Origin: Chitinophagaceae bacterium
GTDB lineage: Bacteria > Bacteroidota > Bacteroidia > Chitinophagales > Chitinophagaceae
Direction of reading: 5' to 3'
DNA length: 64,000 bases
NCBI GenBank assembly: GCA_036009775.1
Contig: DASYLC010000160.1
Location: forward strand, 6,380-70,379
The translations under genes and the position numbers were made by a program. The notes below the pieces were generated by a model, which was given only the letters and a program-made list of their open reading frames with translations, did no database searches and was not told where the DNA came from. Position 1 is the first letter of the stretch. Each line of letters begins with the position of its first letter. Below, one piece after another: positions 30,322-40,170 of this stretch.

Positions 30322-31632
30322 ATGAAAAAATACATGATCACCGGGATGCTGTTGTCAGCTTTCTATGGTTTTTCACAGGACAGCGTTCAGAGCAAAGTTC
30401 CTTTTGAAGGGATGAACATTGGCTGGATAAACGGGCAAAACAGGCAGCAAAACTTCCCGCTGGTGCTGTCAGATAAAAAAACAGGCGAGACCATTCTTAC
30501 AGGAGTAGCTTACCTCGATGGCTATTTCAATTATGATCTCAACAGGCCTGTTGATAATACACACACGGCTTCTTCCACTATCGGCAGGCACAATGAATTT
30601 ACACTGAACCTTGCCAGTATAGGGATCGAGACCAGTTACAAAAATGTGATCGGCCGCCTTTGGTTACAATATGGACAAATGGCTTCTATCGTCCAGGAAC
30701 TGGATGGATCAGTAGCCCGGGGCAGAAATACCAGTGTCAGTAACCTGAAGAATATCCGCGAAGCTGCTGCGGGTTATCATTTTAATAAATGGTATGGTAT
30801 CAATATTGAAATGGGAATTTTTATGAGCTATATCGGGTTGGAAAGTTATGTGACCCAGGAGAACTGGAATTACCAGCGCAGTATGGTCTGCGACTTCACA
30901 CCTTTCTATTTTTCCGGTGCCCGTATCCAGGTGTTTCCTTCCAGGCATTTCAAAACGGAACTATGGTTGCTCAATGGCTGGCAAACCTATAATAGCTGGA
31001 ACAAATCGATCGGTATCGGTAATTCAAATTATTGGAGACCCAATGAAAACCTCCAGGTCGCTGGTAATTTTTACTTGGGCAAAGACAGCCGCAGCAATAT
31101 CCTCCGCTTCCATCATGATAACAGCGTGGTCGCAAGGTATTTTAACAGGTCCGGCCTGAAAGGCTTGTCACAGGCTGCTTTCAGCATCAATAGTCATTAT
31201 GGGTTCCAGCAGGGAAACAGGGTCAGCGCTTCTCAACAATATATGACAGGTGTTTCAGTAGCTAACCGTACCTGGTTCAATAAAAACAAACTGGCTTTCA
31301 CGCTGCGTGGCGATCTCATTTCCAACCCCGGTTTATATCTTGCCTTTACCCCTTCTCCTGTTGTTCCCAATGATTTTACGGATGCGATTAATGCCGGCCC
31401 CAAACAGAAATTGAATATTTTCCAGGGTACGGCTACGTTTGATATCATGCCGAACGATCATGTCAGCTTTCGTTTTGAGTATGGTTATAGAAAAAGCAAT
31501 CTTCCTTATTTTGCAGGCCGTGGCGGCACCACTTCTCCGGATGGATGGATCGATACTCCCATAACCGGGTGGCGACCAGATCTTTCAAAAAAAGAGCACC
31601 GGCTGACTGTTGCACTGAACTTCAGGTTATAG
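30322..31632 (+). CDS. Outer-membrane beta-barrel porin (kdp-associated / OmpL-like)
   Basis: Signal peptide; GIFMSYIGLES..NWNY..DFTPFY; terminal strand LTVALNFRL. Confidence 0.72.
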   Translation: MKKYMITGMLLSAFYGFSQDSVQSKVPFEGMNIGWINGQNRQQNFPLVLSDKKTGETILTGVAYLDGYFNYDLNRPVDNTHTASSTIGRHNEFTLNLASIGIETSYKNVIGRLWLQYGQMASIVQELDGSVARGRNTSVSNLKNIREAAAGYHFNKWYGINIEMGIFMSYIGLESYVTQENWNYQRSMVCDFTPFYFSGARIQVFPSRHFKTELWLLNGWQTYNSWNKSIGIGNSNYWRPNENLQVAGNFYLGKDSRSNILRFHHDNSVVARYFNRSGLKGLSQAAFSINSHYGFQQGNRVSASQQYMTGVSVANRTWFNKNKLAFTLRGDLISNPGLYLAFTPSPVVPNDFTDAINAGPKQKLNIFQGTATFDIMPNDHVSFRFEYGYRKSNLPYFAGRGGTTSPDGWIDTPITGWRPDLSKKEHRLTVALNFRL

Positions 31633-31680
31633 AATTATATACGTGAAGCCGCGCCACAGATCTTTTGTAACTTTAAAATC

Positions 31681-33105
31681 ATGAAAAAGCTTCTTCCTTT
31701 CATTTGCCTCCTCCTTTCCATACAGGTCTCTTTTGCGCAAAGTAAAAAAGACAAGCTTGATGAGGTCATGAAAGCCTATCACCGCTTCAATATGTTTGAC
31801 GGCAGCGTACTGGTGGCGGAGAATGGCAAAGTGATCTATCAAAGCGCTTTTGGTCTTGCCAACCGCGAATGGAATACCCCCAATACAACCGAAACAAAAT
31901 TCATGATCGGCTCTGTGTCCAAACCTATTACAGCATTATTGATGCTGATACAGGTGCAAAAAGGATTGATTGGTCTTGATAAAACAATTGCCGATTATCT
32001 TCCTGCCTTTTCTGGCAAGCCCGGCGCCGCGATCACGGTGCGGCAATTGCTAAGCCATACTTCCGGTATGCCAAACTATGATATCACCCCCGATTTTTTT
32101 CCAAGGATCAGCCGGCAGCATTTCAACAGGGAAGATTATACTAAGGTCTATATGGATTCCGCTTTGCTGTTTGAACCGGGTAAAAATTTTTTTTACAGCA
32201 GTTGGGGATATTTCACCCTGGGCTATATCATGGAAAAGGTAACAGGCAAATCCTATTCACAATTAATGAAGGAAGATATTTTCGATAAGATCGGGATGAG
32301 CAGCTCGGGCTCTTATTCTCATACGCAGATCGTTCCCAAACGAGCGACGGGCTATGACTATGATTTTGGTGGTTATACCAGTTCCGATTTCAGGGACCAG
32401 TCCAACACGATGGGTACCGGCGATCTTTATTCTACCGTAGAAGATCTTTTTAAATTGCATACCGCAATTACCAATAATACGCTGTTGAACAGGTCCCTGA
32501 CGGAAGAAATGCTGAAGCCCGGCATGCCGCCGGCACAGTATGGTTTCGGATGGTTCAACAAACAGTTCAAATTCGGGACAGACAGCGTTGCTTCCAATTT
32601 TCATTTGGGAATGACCGATGGTTTTCTTTCATTCATGGTACGCATACCCTCTACCAATAGCATGATCGTCATTCTTTGCAACAGTTCTCCTACCGATTTT
32701 TTCGGGATATGCGGCAGCCTGGCCAAGGTCTTATACAATAAACCGGTAGTGGTAAAAGAACCGGTACACAAATCCATGGAAAAGCTGATCAGCTCTAAAG
32801 GCATCACAAAAGCCCTGGAAGAATACCAGCGGATGAAAAAGGATACTGCGCATTATTATACCGACTGGATATCGATGAATTTTCTCGGCGACAAATTATT
32901 TGACCTGAAACGATATGACGAGGCCGAACTGATTTATGAAAGCAATGCCGCCGATTTTCCCACAAAAGACCTCGCCCTGTTCAGTATGGGTAAAATAAAC
33001 CAGGCGTTGGGTAAAAAAGACGAAGCCATAAAATGGTATAAAAAAGCGCTGGAACTTTTCCCCCAATATCAAGAAGCCAGGAACCGTTTAAAAGAACTTG
33101 AATAG
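31681..33105 (+). CDS. Serine hydrolase (class C beta-lactamase-like) with C-terminal TPR
   Basis: GSVSK (SxxK), LLSHTSG, F.YSSWGY, HLG; TPR ending EAIKWYKKALELFP. Confidence 0.88.
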   Translation: MKKLLPFICLLLSIQVSFAQSKKDKLDEVMKAYHRFNMFDGSVLVAENGKVIYQSAFGLANREWNTPNTTETKFMIGSVSKPITALLMLIQVQKGLIGLDKTIADYLPAFSGKPGAAITVRQLLSHTSGMPNYDITPDFFPRISRQHFNREDYTKVYMDSALLFEPGKNFFYSSWGYFTLGYIMEKVTGKSYSQLMKEDIFDKIGMSSSGSYSHTQIVPKRATGYDYDFGGYTSSDFRDQSNTMGTGDLYSTVEDLFKLHTAITNNTLLNRSLTEEMLKPGMPPAQYGFGWFNKQFKFGTDSVASNFHLGMTDGFLSFMVRIPSTNSMIVILCNSSPTDFFGICGSLAKVLYNKPVVVKEPVHKSMEKLISSKGITKALEEYQRMKKDTAHYYTDWISMNFLGDKLFDLKRYDEAELIYESNAADFPTKDLALFSMGKINQALGKKDEAIKWYKKALELFPQYQEARNRLKELE

Positions 33106-33109
33106 ACTT

Positions 33110-35956
33110 TTATCTTCCTATCACCTGCAGTCCTCCATTGCTCCCCCCATTGTTCAGCCCTGTTTTACTCAAACTATAGGTGAAACTAAGCAGGAAGAAC
33201 TGGCGCAGTGTCAGCACTCTTGAATCTTCTATGTAGTTATTACTGGTATTACGGCTGATGCCAATATTTTTATTCAGCAGGTCACGGGCACTGAGTTTCA
33301 ATTCACCCCGGTTAAACTTTAGCATCTGTTTGCTGATGCTCGCATTCCATAAAGGGATCTTTGTATTGAAACCGGCGGCCCGCTGGCTGTTTATGATATA
33401 TGTAAAATCAGTGGACAGGAAGAATCCTTTGGGCATTTCCCAATCCACGGAAGCATTGTATTCCTGGGAGAGATAATCGTTATTCAATGCGGGTTGCAAG
33501 GAGTATTTTGTTTTGTTATAGTTAAATCCCGCGCCCACAACAAGGTTCAGTTTCCCGGTAGGGTTCATATCCAGCCTGAATTCCGGTCCAACGCTCGCCG
33601 TGTTGATCGTATTGGTTACCACGGAACCGGTGGATGTATTGATCAGTTGTTTTCCCCTGCGGTACCCGCCGCTGCCGCTCAGTTCCACACTGCCTTTCAG
33701 GAAACGGGCCGGAAGGCTGTAGCTGATATGGGTGCCGAAATTATAAACACCATTCACATTCACCGGTTTTGTTTTCCGGACACCGGTCTGCAGGTTCACC
33801 GAATCGTAATTCACTATTTTATTCTCTGTAGCCTGCATTTGCAGATTCAAAAACAGGTTTTTATTCTTGTAAGGGTTCATGAACATTAAATTGGATCGCA
33901 GGATATGTGTGAACTCCTGTTTCAGATCGGGATTTCCTTCCCTGACATACAGGGGATTGGTATTATCCGGTACAGGCTGCAACTGTGACATACTGGGTTG
34001 GTTCGTCGCGGTATTATATTGCAAAGAAAAATTCTTGAGTTTGGTAAAATTGTACTGGAAGCGGGCATTGGGTAAAATATTCCGGAAGGTCTTGCTGATC
34101 AGCGAATCCTTTATCCCGCTGGTGATCTTTCCTTCCAGTTCGGCCTGTTGCCAGCTGGCACCAAAAGAATAATTATATTTTTTCTTTTGCGTCCGCATCC
34201 GGATCCCGGCCGTGATATAACCATAGGTATTCTCAAAGTCATTGCTCAGGGTATTATTCAACTGATCATATTTACCGTTCGACTTGTTATAATCATGGGT
34301 GATCTTCTGCGATGTGCTCCGGGTATCGCTTTTCCCCGCACTGAATTCCAATAGTGATCTTTTCCAAAGCGGTTCAGTATATACTGCTCTTGCATTATAA
34401 CCGCGGAGATCGCCGGTAGTCGTACTTTGCTGGTCCAGGGTATCCCTGATTTTCAGAGAGCCGTTGGGGTCATACAAACTATTCACCGAAAAAAGATTGG
34501 CATCACCTTCACTTTCATTCAGCGTGGTTTGTAAAGAGAGCGAGAAGGTCCTTCCTTTTCGTGCAAATTTTTTCCTCCACATGATATCATTCCTGAAATT
34601 ATATCCCTTGCTGGTTGAATTGGTATTATTAAACCCTTCATTGACCAGTACATTCTCTTCCGATAAGGTTTGATAATCTGTCCGGGAACGGTTCCTGGCT
34701 TGCTGGTAACTGAAATAAGGATTGATCCGGATCGAGTTCATCGAATCGATCTGGTACAGTGTATTCAGGTTGAACCGGTGATTGTTGCTCAGGTTATCGG
34801 AGAAACTGTTCTGGTTATAGAAATAGGAGGAGTCGAGGTCCGGCAGGAAATATTGCCGCTGGATATGACTCTCCCGGTTAGGATTATAATGATTGTAAAA
34901 ATAATTGCTCTGGAAATCCAGCCGGGTGCCGATGATATTGTTGTAATTCAAACCACCACCCCATGCAGTATTGATACCGCTGTTCCTGCCACCGGGATTC
35001 AATCCCATAGCACCCGCATCTTCATCCGACATGTTGATAGTTATATTTCCACCTCCGCCTTTCTGCATCCTTGTCAGTTCCCCGGTAAAATTGAGGATGT
35101 CCATGAAGGAAAATCCTTCTGCATTGGTATTATTACCCATTCCTATGGCGGAGAATTGCCGGGCTCCTTTGAATGAGTTCACATTGAACTTGCCTTCCAG
35201 TCTTTCTTTATTTCCCGCGCCCGCATTGATCTTTCCAAATACGCCTTTCTTCTTATCCTTTTTCAATTTCAGGTTGATGGTCTTTTCCGAGTTGCCATCT
35301 TCAAAACCGGTCAGTTGCGCCTGGTCGCTTTGCTTATCATATACCTGTACCTTATCTATTGCATCGGCCGGCAGGTTCTTGGTCGCTATTTTGGGGTCAT
35401 TACCAAAAAACTCTTTCCCATCCACCAGCACTTTTGTCACATTTTCTCCCTGTGCTTTGATCGTTCCGTCCTTCTCCACTTTTACACCGGGTAATTTTTT
35501 CAATAATTGCTCCACGCTGGCATTGGGTTGTACTTTAAAGGAGCCGGCATTATATTGAATAGTATCATTGATCAGCGTAACGGGTGGTGCTTCTGCTTCC
35601 AGTACCACTTCTTCCAGCACTTTTACCTTATCGCTCATGGTCACATTACCCAGGTCGGCGTTCTTGCCAGCATCGGTTACCGAAAACAATTTATTACTGT
35701 TGTGATAGTTCACATGGGTTACGAGGAGGCGGTAGTCCCCGTTGGCGAGCCCCTTGAGTTCAAAACGGCCATCATTAGCAGTCATCGTAAATGTAACCAA
35801 AGAGGAGTCTTTCTTTTCCAGTACCGTGATCGTGGCACCGGCAACAGGTTGTTTGCCGAGGGTATCAAAAGCAATCCCTTTGACAGAGCCATTTTTCTGG
35901 GCCAGTAAAACAGTGGTAAAACAAACCGATAACAGCAGGCAATAAATTTTTCTCAT
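33110..35956 (-). CDS. Large outer-membrane beta-barrel / TonB-dependent-receptor-like protein (paralog A)
   Basis: Carboxypeptidase-regulatory-like N-domain; [23 protein letters not shown] plug; GNPDLKQEF; WNASISK; FLLSFTY. Confidence 0.88.
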   Translation of the reverse strand: MRKIYCLLLSVCFTTVLLAQKNGSVKGIAFDTLGKQPVAGATITVLEKKDSSLVTFTMTANDGRFELKGLANGDYRLLVTHVNYHNSNKLFSVTDAGKNADLGNVTMSDKVKVLEEVVLEAEAPPVTLINDTIQYNAGSFKVQPNASVEQLLKKLPGVKVEKDGTIKAQGENVTKVLVDGKEFFGNDPKIATKNLPADAIDKVQVYDKQSDQAQLTGFEDGNSEKTINLKLKKDKKKGVFGKINAGAGNKERLEGKFNVNSFKGARQFSAIGMGNNTNAEGFSFMDILNFTGELTRMQKGGGGNITINMSDEDAGAMGLNPGGRNSGINTAWGGGLNYNNIIGTRLDFQSNYFYNHYNPNRESHIQRQYFLPDLDSSYFYNQNSFSDNLSNNHRFNLNTLYQIDSMNSIRINPYFSYQQARNRSRTDYQTLSEENVLVNEGFNNTNSTSKGYNFRNDIMWRKKFARKGRTFSLSLQTTLNESEGDANLFSVNSLYDPNGSLKIRDTLDQQSTTTGDLRGYNARAVYTEPLWKRSLLEFSAGKSDTRSTSQKITHDYNKSNGKYDQLNNTLSNDFENTYGYITAGIRMRTQKKKYNYSFGASWQQAELEGKITSGIKDSLISKTFRNILPNARFQYNFTKLKNFSLQYNTATNQPSMSQLQPVPDNTNPLYVREGNPDLKQEFTHILRSNLMFMNPYKNKNLFLNLQMQATENKIVNYDSVNLQTGVRKTKPVNVNGVYNFGTHISYSLPARFLKGSVELSGSGGYRRGKQLINTSTGSVVTNTINTASVGPEFRLDMNPTGKLNLVVGAGFNYNKTKYSLQPALNNDYLSQEYNASVDWEMPKGFFLSTDFTYIINSQRAAGFNTKIPLWNASISKQMLKFNRGELKLSARDLLNKNIGISRNTSNNYIEDSRVLTLRQFFLLSFTYSLSKTGLNNGGSNGGLQVIGR

Positions 35957-36003
35957 AGCTCATTCATTTCTGCTACGAAAGTATTCCTACTGATTCTGAT
36001 TAC

Positions 36004-36042
36004 GGGTTAACGGGCATTGCTTTAATGTTAATCAACGTTAAA
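36004..36042 (-). promoter_or_regulatory. Putative OmpR-type operator (TTAAC x3), copy 2
   Basis: Minus strand TTTAACGTTGATTAACATTAAAGCAATGCCCGTTAACCC, 30/39 identical to 19068-19106; 20 nt upstream of TACTTTCG (35983-35976). Confidence 0.7.
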
Positions 36043-36134
36043 GAATAATGTGGATGACCTTCCCATCTGAGAAAGAGGGAAGGATTCAATGGAACAATGG
36101 TTCACTGATCCACCACTTTCTCATTCCTTATTTC

Positions 36135-36722
36135 TTATTCCTCATTTCTCTTCCCTCTCTCCTCATCCTCTCTCTCCCTGTCATACACCAGCACTTTCAC
36201 TTTCCAGTCCATCGGGGCTTCGTACTGCATAGATATCTCCACCTTTAGTTTTTTGCCAGATTCATTGACAGGCTCGAAGTTGAACAGGATACTGTTGAAT
36301 TTCTTTGCTTCTTCCGGGGCCTCATATTTCCCTTTCAGGCGATAACCGGCTTCCCCGGTATGAACAGACAGGTTATTCAACTGGTTGAACAGCGATCTGA
36401 ATTTTTGTTTAGCTTTCTCAAAGCTTTCAGTGGTCAGCATCAGTGCCTGCCAGCTGCAGATCTCCTTTTTAGCTGAGTAACGGGTCAGGAATACTTCCTC
36501 GGCACCGTTCACGTGAAAATTACAACGATAATCGGTCGACTGTGTGTTCTCGACGATCACTTCACCCATCAGGTTGGCAAAACGGTTGGGGTAATCATCA
36601 ATGACCTTCTTGATATCATTGCCTATGCCCTGGATAACGGGTAGTTTTAGCTGGGCGGATGCAGAATGGAAAAGTACAGCTGATATCGTAATCAGCACAA
36701 GTGATTTTACGGGTTTTCGCAT
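36135..36722 (-). CDS. Secreted hypothetical protein
   Basis: Signal peptide ending ASAQ; 195-aa ORF, no recognised motif. Confidence 0.65.
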   Translation of the reverse strand: MRKPVKSLVLITISAVLFHSASAQLKLPVIQGIGNDIKKVIDDYPNRFANLMGEVIVENTQSTDYRCNFHVNGAEEVFLTRYSAKKEICSWQALMLTTESFEKAKQKFRSLFNQLNNLSVHTGEAGYRLKGKYEAPEEAKKFNSILFNFEPVNESGKKLKVEISMQYEAPMDWKVKVLVYDREREDEERGKRNEE

Positions 36723-36831
36723 TAGTTTGGATTTAACGGGTTAGTAAGCAGCAGCAATATTATTAAAATTTGCTTTTATTACATACTTTTAAAGGGATCA
36801 GATTCGTTATCCATCAATAATTTTATCCCGT

Positions 36832-36993
36832 ATGAAAAACAGAGATCTCTCTCATTCGCACCAGGCGGCAAAAATCTACCGTCATTATTACAAGTCGTCC
36901 GTCAATCCTTTTCGCCTGCTGAAATCTATTCTCATCGTATTTATTTCCGGCAGATCTACCGCGGCCCGTTCGTATTACAGGAGAGGAAGATAG
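36832..36993 (+). CDS. Possible small basic protein (53 aa)
   Basis: MKNRDLSHSHQAAKIYRHYYKSSVNPFRLLKSILIVFISGRSTAARSYYRRGR; AT-rich upstream region; terminator downstream. Confidence 0.35.
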   Translation: MKNRDLSHSHQAAKIYRHYYKSSVNPFRLLKSILIVFISGRSTAARSYYRRGR

Positions 36994-37017
36994 TCGCTTA
37001 CTAACCCCTATATAAAT

Positions 37018-37064
37018 AAATGTCCCGCCTCCTGAGCAAAGCAAAGGATCTGCGGGACAATTTT
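37018..37064. terminator. Bidirectional terminator with REP-like loop insert
   Basis: TGTCCCGC...GCGGGACA stem with A/T flanks; loop TCCTGAGCAAAGCAAAGGATCT. Confidence 0.7.
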
Positions 37065-37084
37065 ATGTCTCTACGTATAGCTCG

Positions 37085-39967
37085 TTAATACATTCTCACA
37101 TCTCTCATATTCCTTTCCATCATCCGGGGCATTCCGGGTGTTTGCGCACCGGTCTTGCCACCCATCTTGTTCAGGTTGAACAGGAAGCTCACCATGAAAT
37201 AGCGTTTGAGTACCATGCTGCGTACATCTTCTACATAGATCTCGTTGACTGTACGGGTGACACTTTGATTCTGGTTCAGGATATCATTCACAGAGACTTT
37301 GATCTCCCCGTTCTTCTTTTTGAAAAGTTGTTTACTAAAGCTCGCATTCCACAGCGGGATGCTCTGGTTGAAGCCTTCACCCCGACCCGTATTGATCATA
37401 TAATCGAAATTGGTCGAAAGCAGGAAATTCTTCGGGAGCGTGAGTGTTACATCACCGGAATAAGTTTGTGTATAATAGTTGAGGTCTTCCCTGTTGTCCG
37501 AATAATTTACTTTGGTATAGGCAAGGTTCGCTTTGATACCAAAGTCGATCTTTTCTTTGTTGATATTGACGCCGGCTCCCTGGTTGACCAGGAAAGTTTT
37601 CGTGACCAGTTTCGAATGTTGTAACAAGCTGATATCTTTCGACATGCTCATATTATTCGTAAGGTTCACACTTGATCCTTTCAACTTGGGGTTTTTGAAT
37701 GGAATTCCAAGAGTAACAAATGAATTCGCGTTGAAATAGCCATTTGCATTAGCATAGGAAGTGGTAGTGATAGGGCCCTTGAAAACGATATCGCTGATGA
37801 TCTTGTTCTGCGTCATGTTCACATTCAGGTTCGCCACGAACAATTTAAAAGTAAGCGCATTAAATGTATTGTACCCGATATTAAAATTGTGCGTGAACTC
37901 CTGGTTCAGGTCCGGGTTACCGATACGGATATTCAGCGTATCAAGCGGATCGGGGACATTCTGCAGCTGGTTGATGCTCGGCTGGTTACTTCTTCCGTTA
38001 TACCGGAAACGCAGGTTCTTGCTCCGGGTGGGAGTAAGGTTAAAATTCACGGTTGGAAAGATATCCGTATACGTGCGTTTAAAACTCGAGTGCCCTGTAA
38101 GCGCCTGGAAGCTTTCATTCTCCTGTGTCGCGTTCTGGATACCCACACCTAACTGGTAGTTATATTTTTTCTCCTGCACCCTGAAATTTATTGTATAGCG
38201 ATGCGCTTTATAGGTATTATCAAAATCGTTTGTAAGCGCCAGGTTAGGAAGATCATATTTACCGGAACCGGGATTGAAATTCGTGGTCGTTTTATCGGAG
38301 TTATTAATATTTCGTGTAAACGAATAATTGAACTCGAGCAATTTATTCAGCGCCATCGGTTCTGTGTAAGAAATGCTGTATGTATTATTCCGTTGCTTAA
38401 CTTCCTGGTCGTTGATCTGGTTTTGTGAAAATGCCTGTAGCAGGGAGCCGTCGCTGCGGTACACTTCATTACTTGAAATATTGGAACCATCACTGGTACT
38501 TCCGCTGGTGCTGTTATTCCATCCTAAGGTGATCGTTCTCCCGATCTTTGCGAATTTATGACGGAATAAAAGTTCCCCCCGGTAATTGAATCCATCCCGT
38601 TCGTTCGTTCTTTGGTTCCGGGATATAGCGGCCAGGAATTCTTTGCCGGGTATAGTGGCCAGGCTGTAGGAAGTATCCTGGTTTATATTCGTAGAATGTT
38701 GCAGGGTCAACGAAGGCGTATAGAGGATCGAGTTCATGGAATCGATCTGGTATTCAAACCTCAGGTTGAACCGGTGATTGGTATTTTCGTTGGTTGATGT
38801 GGAGAAGGGTACGTTACGGGCTACAATGGAGTCGCCGTTATTAAATTTCGTAGTACGCTGACTGCTCTGCTCCTGGCGGGTAGTAGAGTTGGAAAGAAAA
38901 TAACTTCCCGAGACCTTGAATTTGCTACCCCATTGATCAGTATAATTAATACCGGTAGAGAAAGAACGGATCAGGCCTGAAGGGCTGCTGCTGCCACCGC
39001 CAAAATTACCACCACCACGACCGCCGGAGAACTGCATACCGCCACCACCAAAATTACCACCTCCGCCGCCGCCAAAACCACTAAATCCTCCCATAGAACT
39101 GATCACATCGGAGAAAGAAAATCCTTGCTTATTGATATTATTCGAATTCATCAATAGTGATATCCGCTGGTTGCCATTGAACTTGCTGATGTTTAAATTA
39201 GTTTCATAACGGCCGTCATTGCCAATTCCCACCAATGCTTTTCCGAAATATCCTTTATTGCGGTCTTTCTTCAATTTAATATTTATGGTCTTACTCCTGC
39301 TACCATCATCGATCTTGGTAAATTTTGACTGCTCACTCATATCATCGAAGACCTGTACGCTTTCGATCATATCGGCGGTCAGGTTCTTGGTCGCCAGTTT
39401 GGGATCGTTGCCAAAGAATTCCTTTCCATCTACCAGTACTTTCTGTACCTGTTCGCCCTGCGCTTTTACATTCCCGTCCTTATCCACTTCCACACCCGGT
39501 AATTTTTTCAACAGATCTTCTGCCGTGGCATTCGGTACCGTTTTAAAACCACTGGTATTGAATTGAATGGTATCGTTCTTTACCTGTATCGGTGATTCAC
39601 TGGTAACAACAACTCCTTCTAATGTTTTGTAATCTTTTTGCACGCTGATATCGCCCAGGTCGATCGTTTTTTGTGTCGCGCTGATCAGGATATCCTGCTT
39701 TATTTCCACGTATCCTTTGCTGGACATGATCAGGCGGTAGTTTCCTTCCGAAAGACCCTTGAATTCGAATCCACCCTTATTGTTGGACAGGGTAAAAGTG
39801 ACCAGGGAAGAATCTTTGGGATTGAGCACCGAAACGGTAGCGCCGACCACCGGCTGTTTGCCTGCTGTATCGGTCAGAGTACCTTTAATAAGGCCATCAG
39901 GCTTTTGGGCATTGGCTGCCAGTGAGATACCGAGAACCAGAACGAAAAGTGTAAAAATCTTCTGCAT
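37085..39967 (-). CDS. Large outer-membrane beta-barrel / TonB-dependent-receptor-like protein (paralog B)
   Basis: Same architecture as 33110-35956 ([30 protein letters not shown]); Gly-rich insert. Confidence 0.88.
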   Translation of the reverse strand: MQKIFTLFVLVLGISLAANAQKPDGLIKGTLTDTAGKQPVVGATVSVLNPKDSSLVTFTLSNNKGGFEFKGLSEGNYRLIMSSKGYVEIKQDILISATQKTIDLGDISVQKDYKTLEGVVVTSESPIQVKNDTIQFNTSGFKTVPNATAEDLLKKLPGVEVDKDGNVKAQGEQVQKVLVDGKEFFGNDPKLATKNLTADMIESVQVFDDMSEQSKFTKIDDGSRSKTINIKLKKDRNKGYFGKALVGIGNDGRYETNLNISKFNGNQRISLLMNSNNINKQGFSFSDVISSMGGFSGFGGGGGGNFGGGGMQFSGGRGGGNFGGGSSSPSGLIRSFSTGINYTDQWGSKFKVSGSYFLSNSTTRQEQSSQRTTKFNNGDSIVARNVPFSTSTNENTNHRFNLRFEYQIDSMNSILYTPSLTLQHSTNINQDTSYSLATIPGKEFLAAISRNQRTNERDGFNYRGELLFRHKFAKIGRTITLGWNNSTSGSTSDGSNISSNEVYRSDGSLLQAFSQNQINDQEVKQRNNTYSISYTEPMALNKLLEFNYSFTRNINNSDKTTTNFNPGSGKYDLPNLALTNDFDNTYKAHRYTINFRVQEKKYNYQLGVGIQNATQENESFQALTGHSSFKRTYTDIFPTVNFNLTPTRSKNLRFRYNGRSNQPSINQLQNVPDPLDTLNIRIGNPDLNQEFTHNFNIGYNTFNALTFKLFVANLNVNMTQNKIISDIVFKGPITTTSYANANGYFNANSFVTLGIPFKNPKLKGSSVNLTNNMSMSKDISLLQHSKLVTKTFLVNQGAGVNINKEKIDFGIKANLAYTKVNYSDNREDLNYYTQTYSGDVTLTLPKNFLLSTNFDYMINTGRGEGFNQSIPLWNASFSKQLFKKKNGEIKVSVNDILNQNQSVTRTVNEIYVEDVRSMVLKRYFMVSFLFNLNKMGGKTGAQTPGMPRMMERNMRDVRMY

Positions 39968-40046
39968 AACTCCTTGAATAAGTGTACGAAGATAGACGTA
40001 AGAGGGCAGTTTAACCTTCGGGAAAGGGCTATTTTTGGAGAAATTA

Positions 40047-40075
40047 CCGATGAAATACCTGATTGGGCCGATGAA
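40047..40075 (-). promoter_or_regulatory. Putative LytTR-type direct repeat upstream of barrel paralog B
   Basis: TTCATCGG-N13-TTCATCGG (21-bp period) on the minus strand, upstream of TATCTTCG (39994-39987). Confidence 0.55.
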
Positions 40076-40170
40076 TGGCTTTAAACCGGGTTATCCGTGA
40101 CAGGCGCAGGTTCCCCATGTATATCTTTAAAATGGACAGGCAAGATCGATCGCAGCGGCTTTAAATTATT

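Noticed and set aside
31681-33105. Beta-lactam resistance gene
   Set aside because: SxxK hydrolases with TPR tails are common esterase/peptidase-like proteins in Bacteroidota; no evidence of true AmpC activity
38990-39090. GC-rich CCA/CCG repeat as a separate DNA element
   Set aside because: It simply encodes the Gly-rich loop of barrel B
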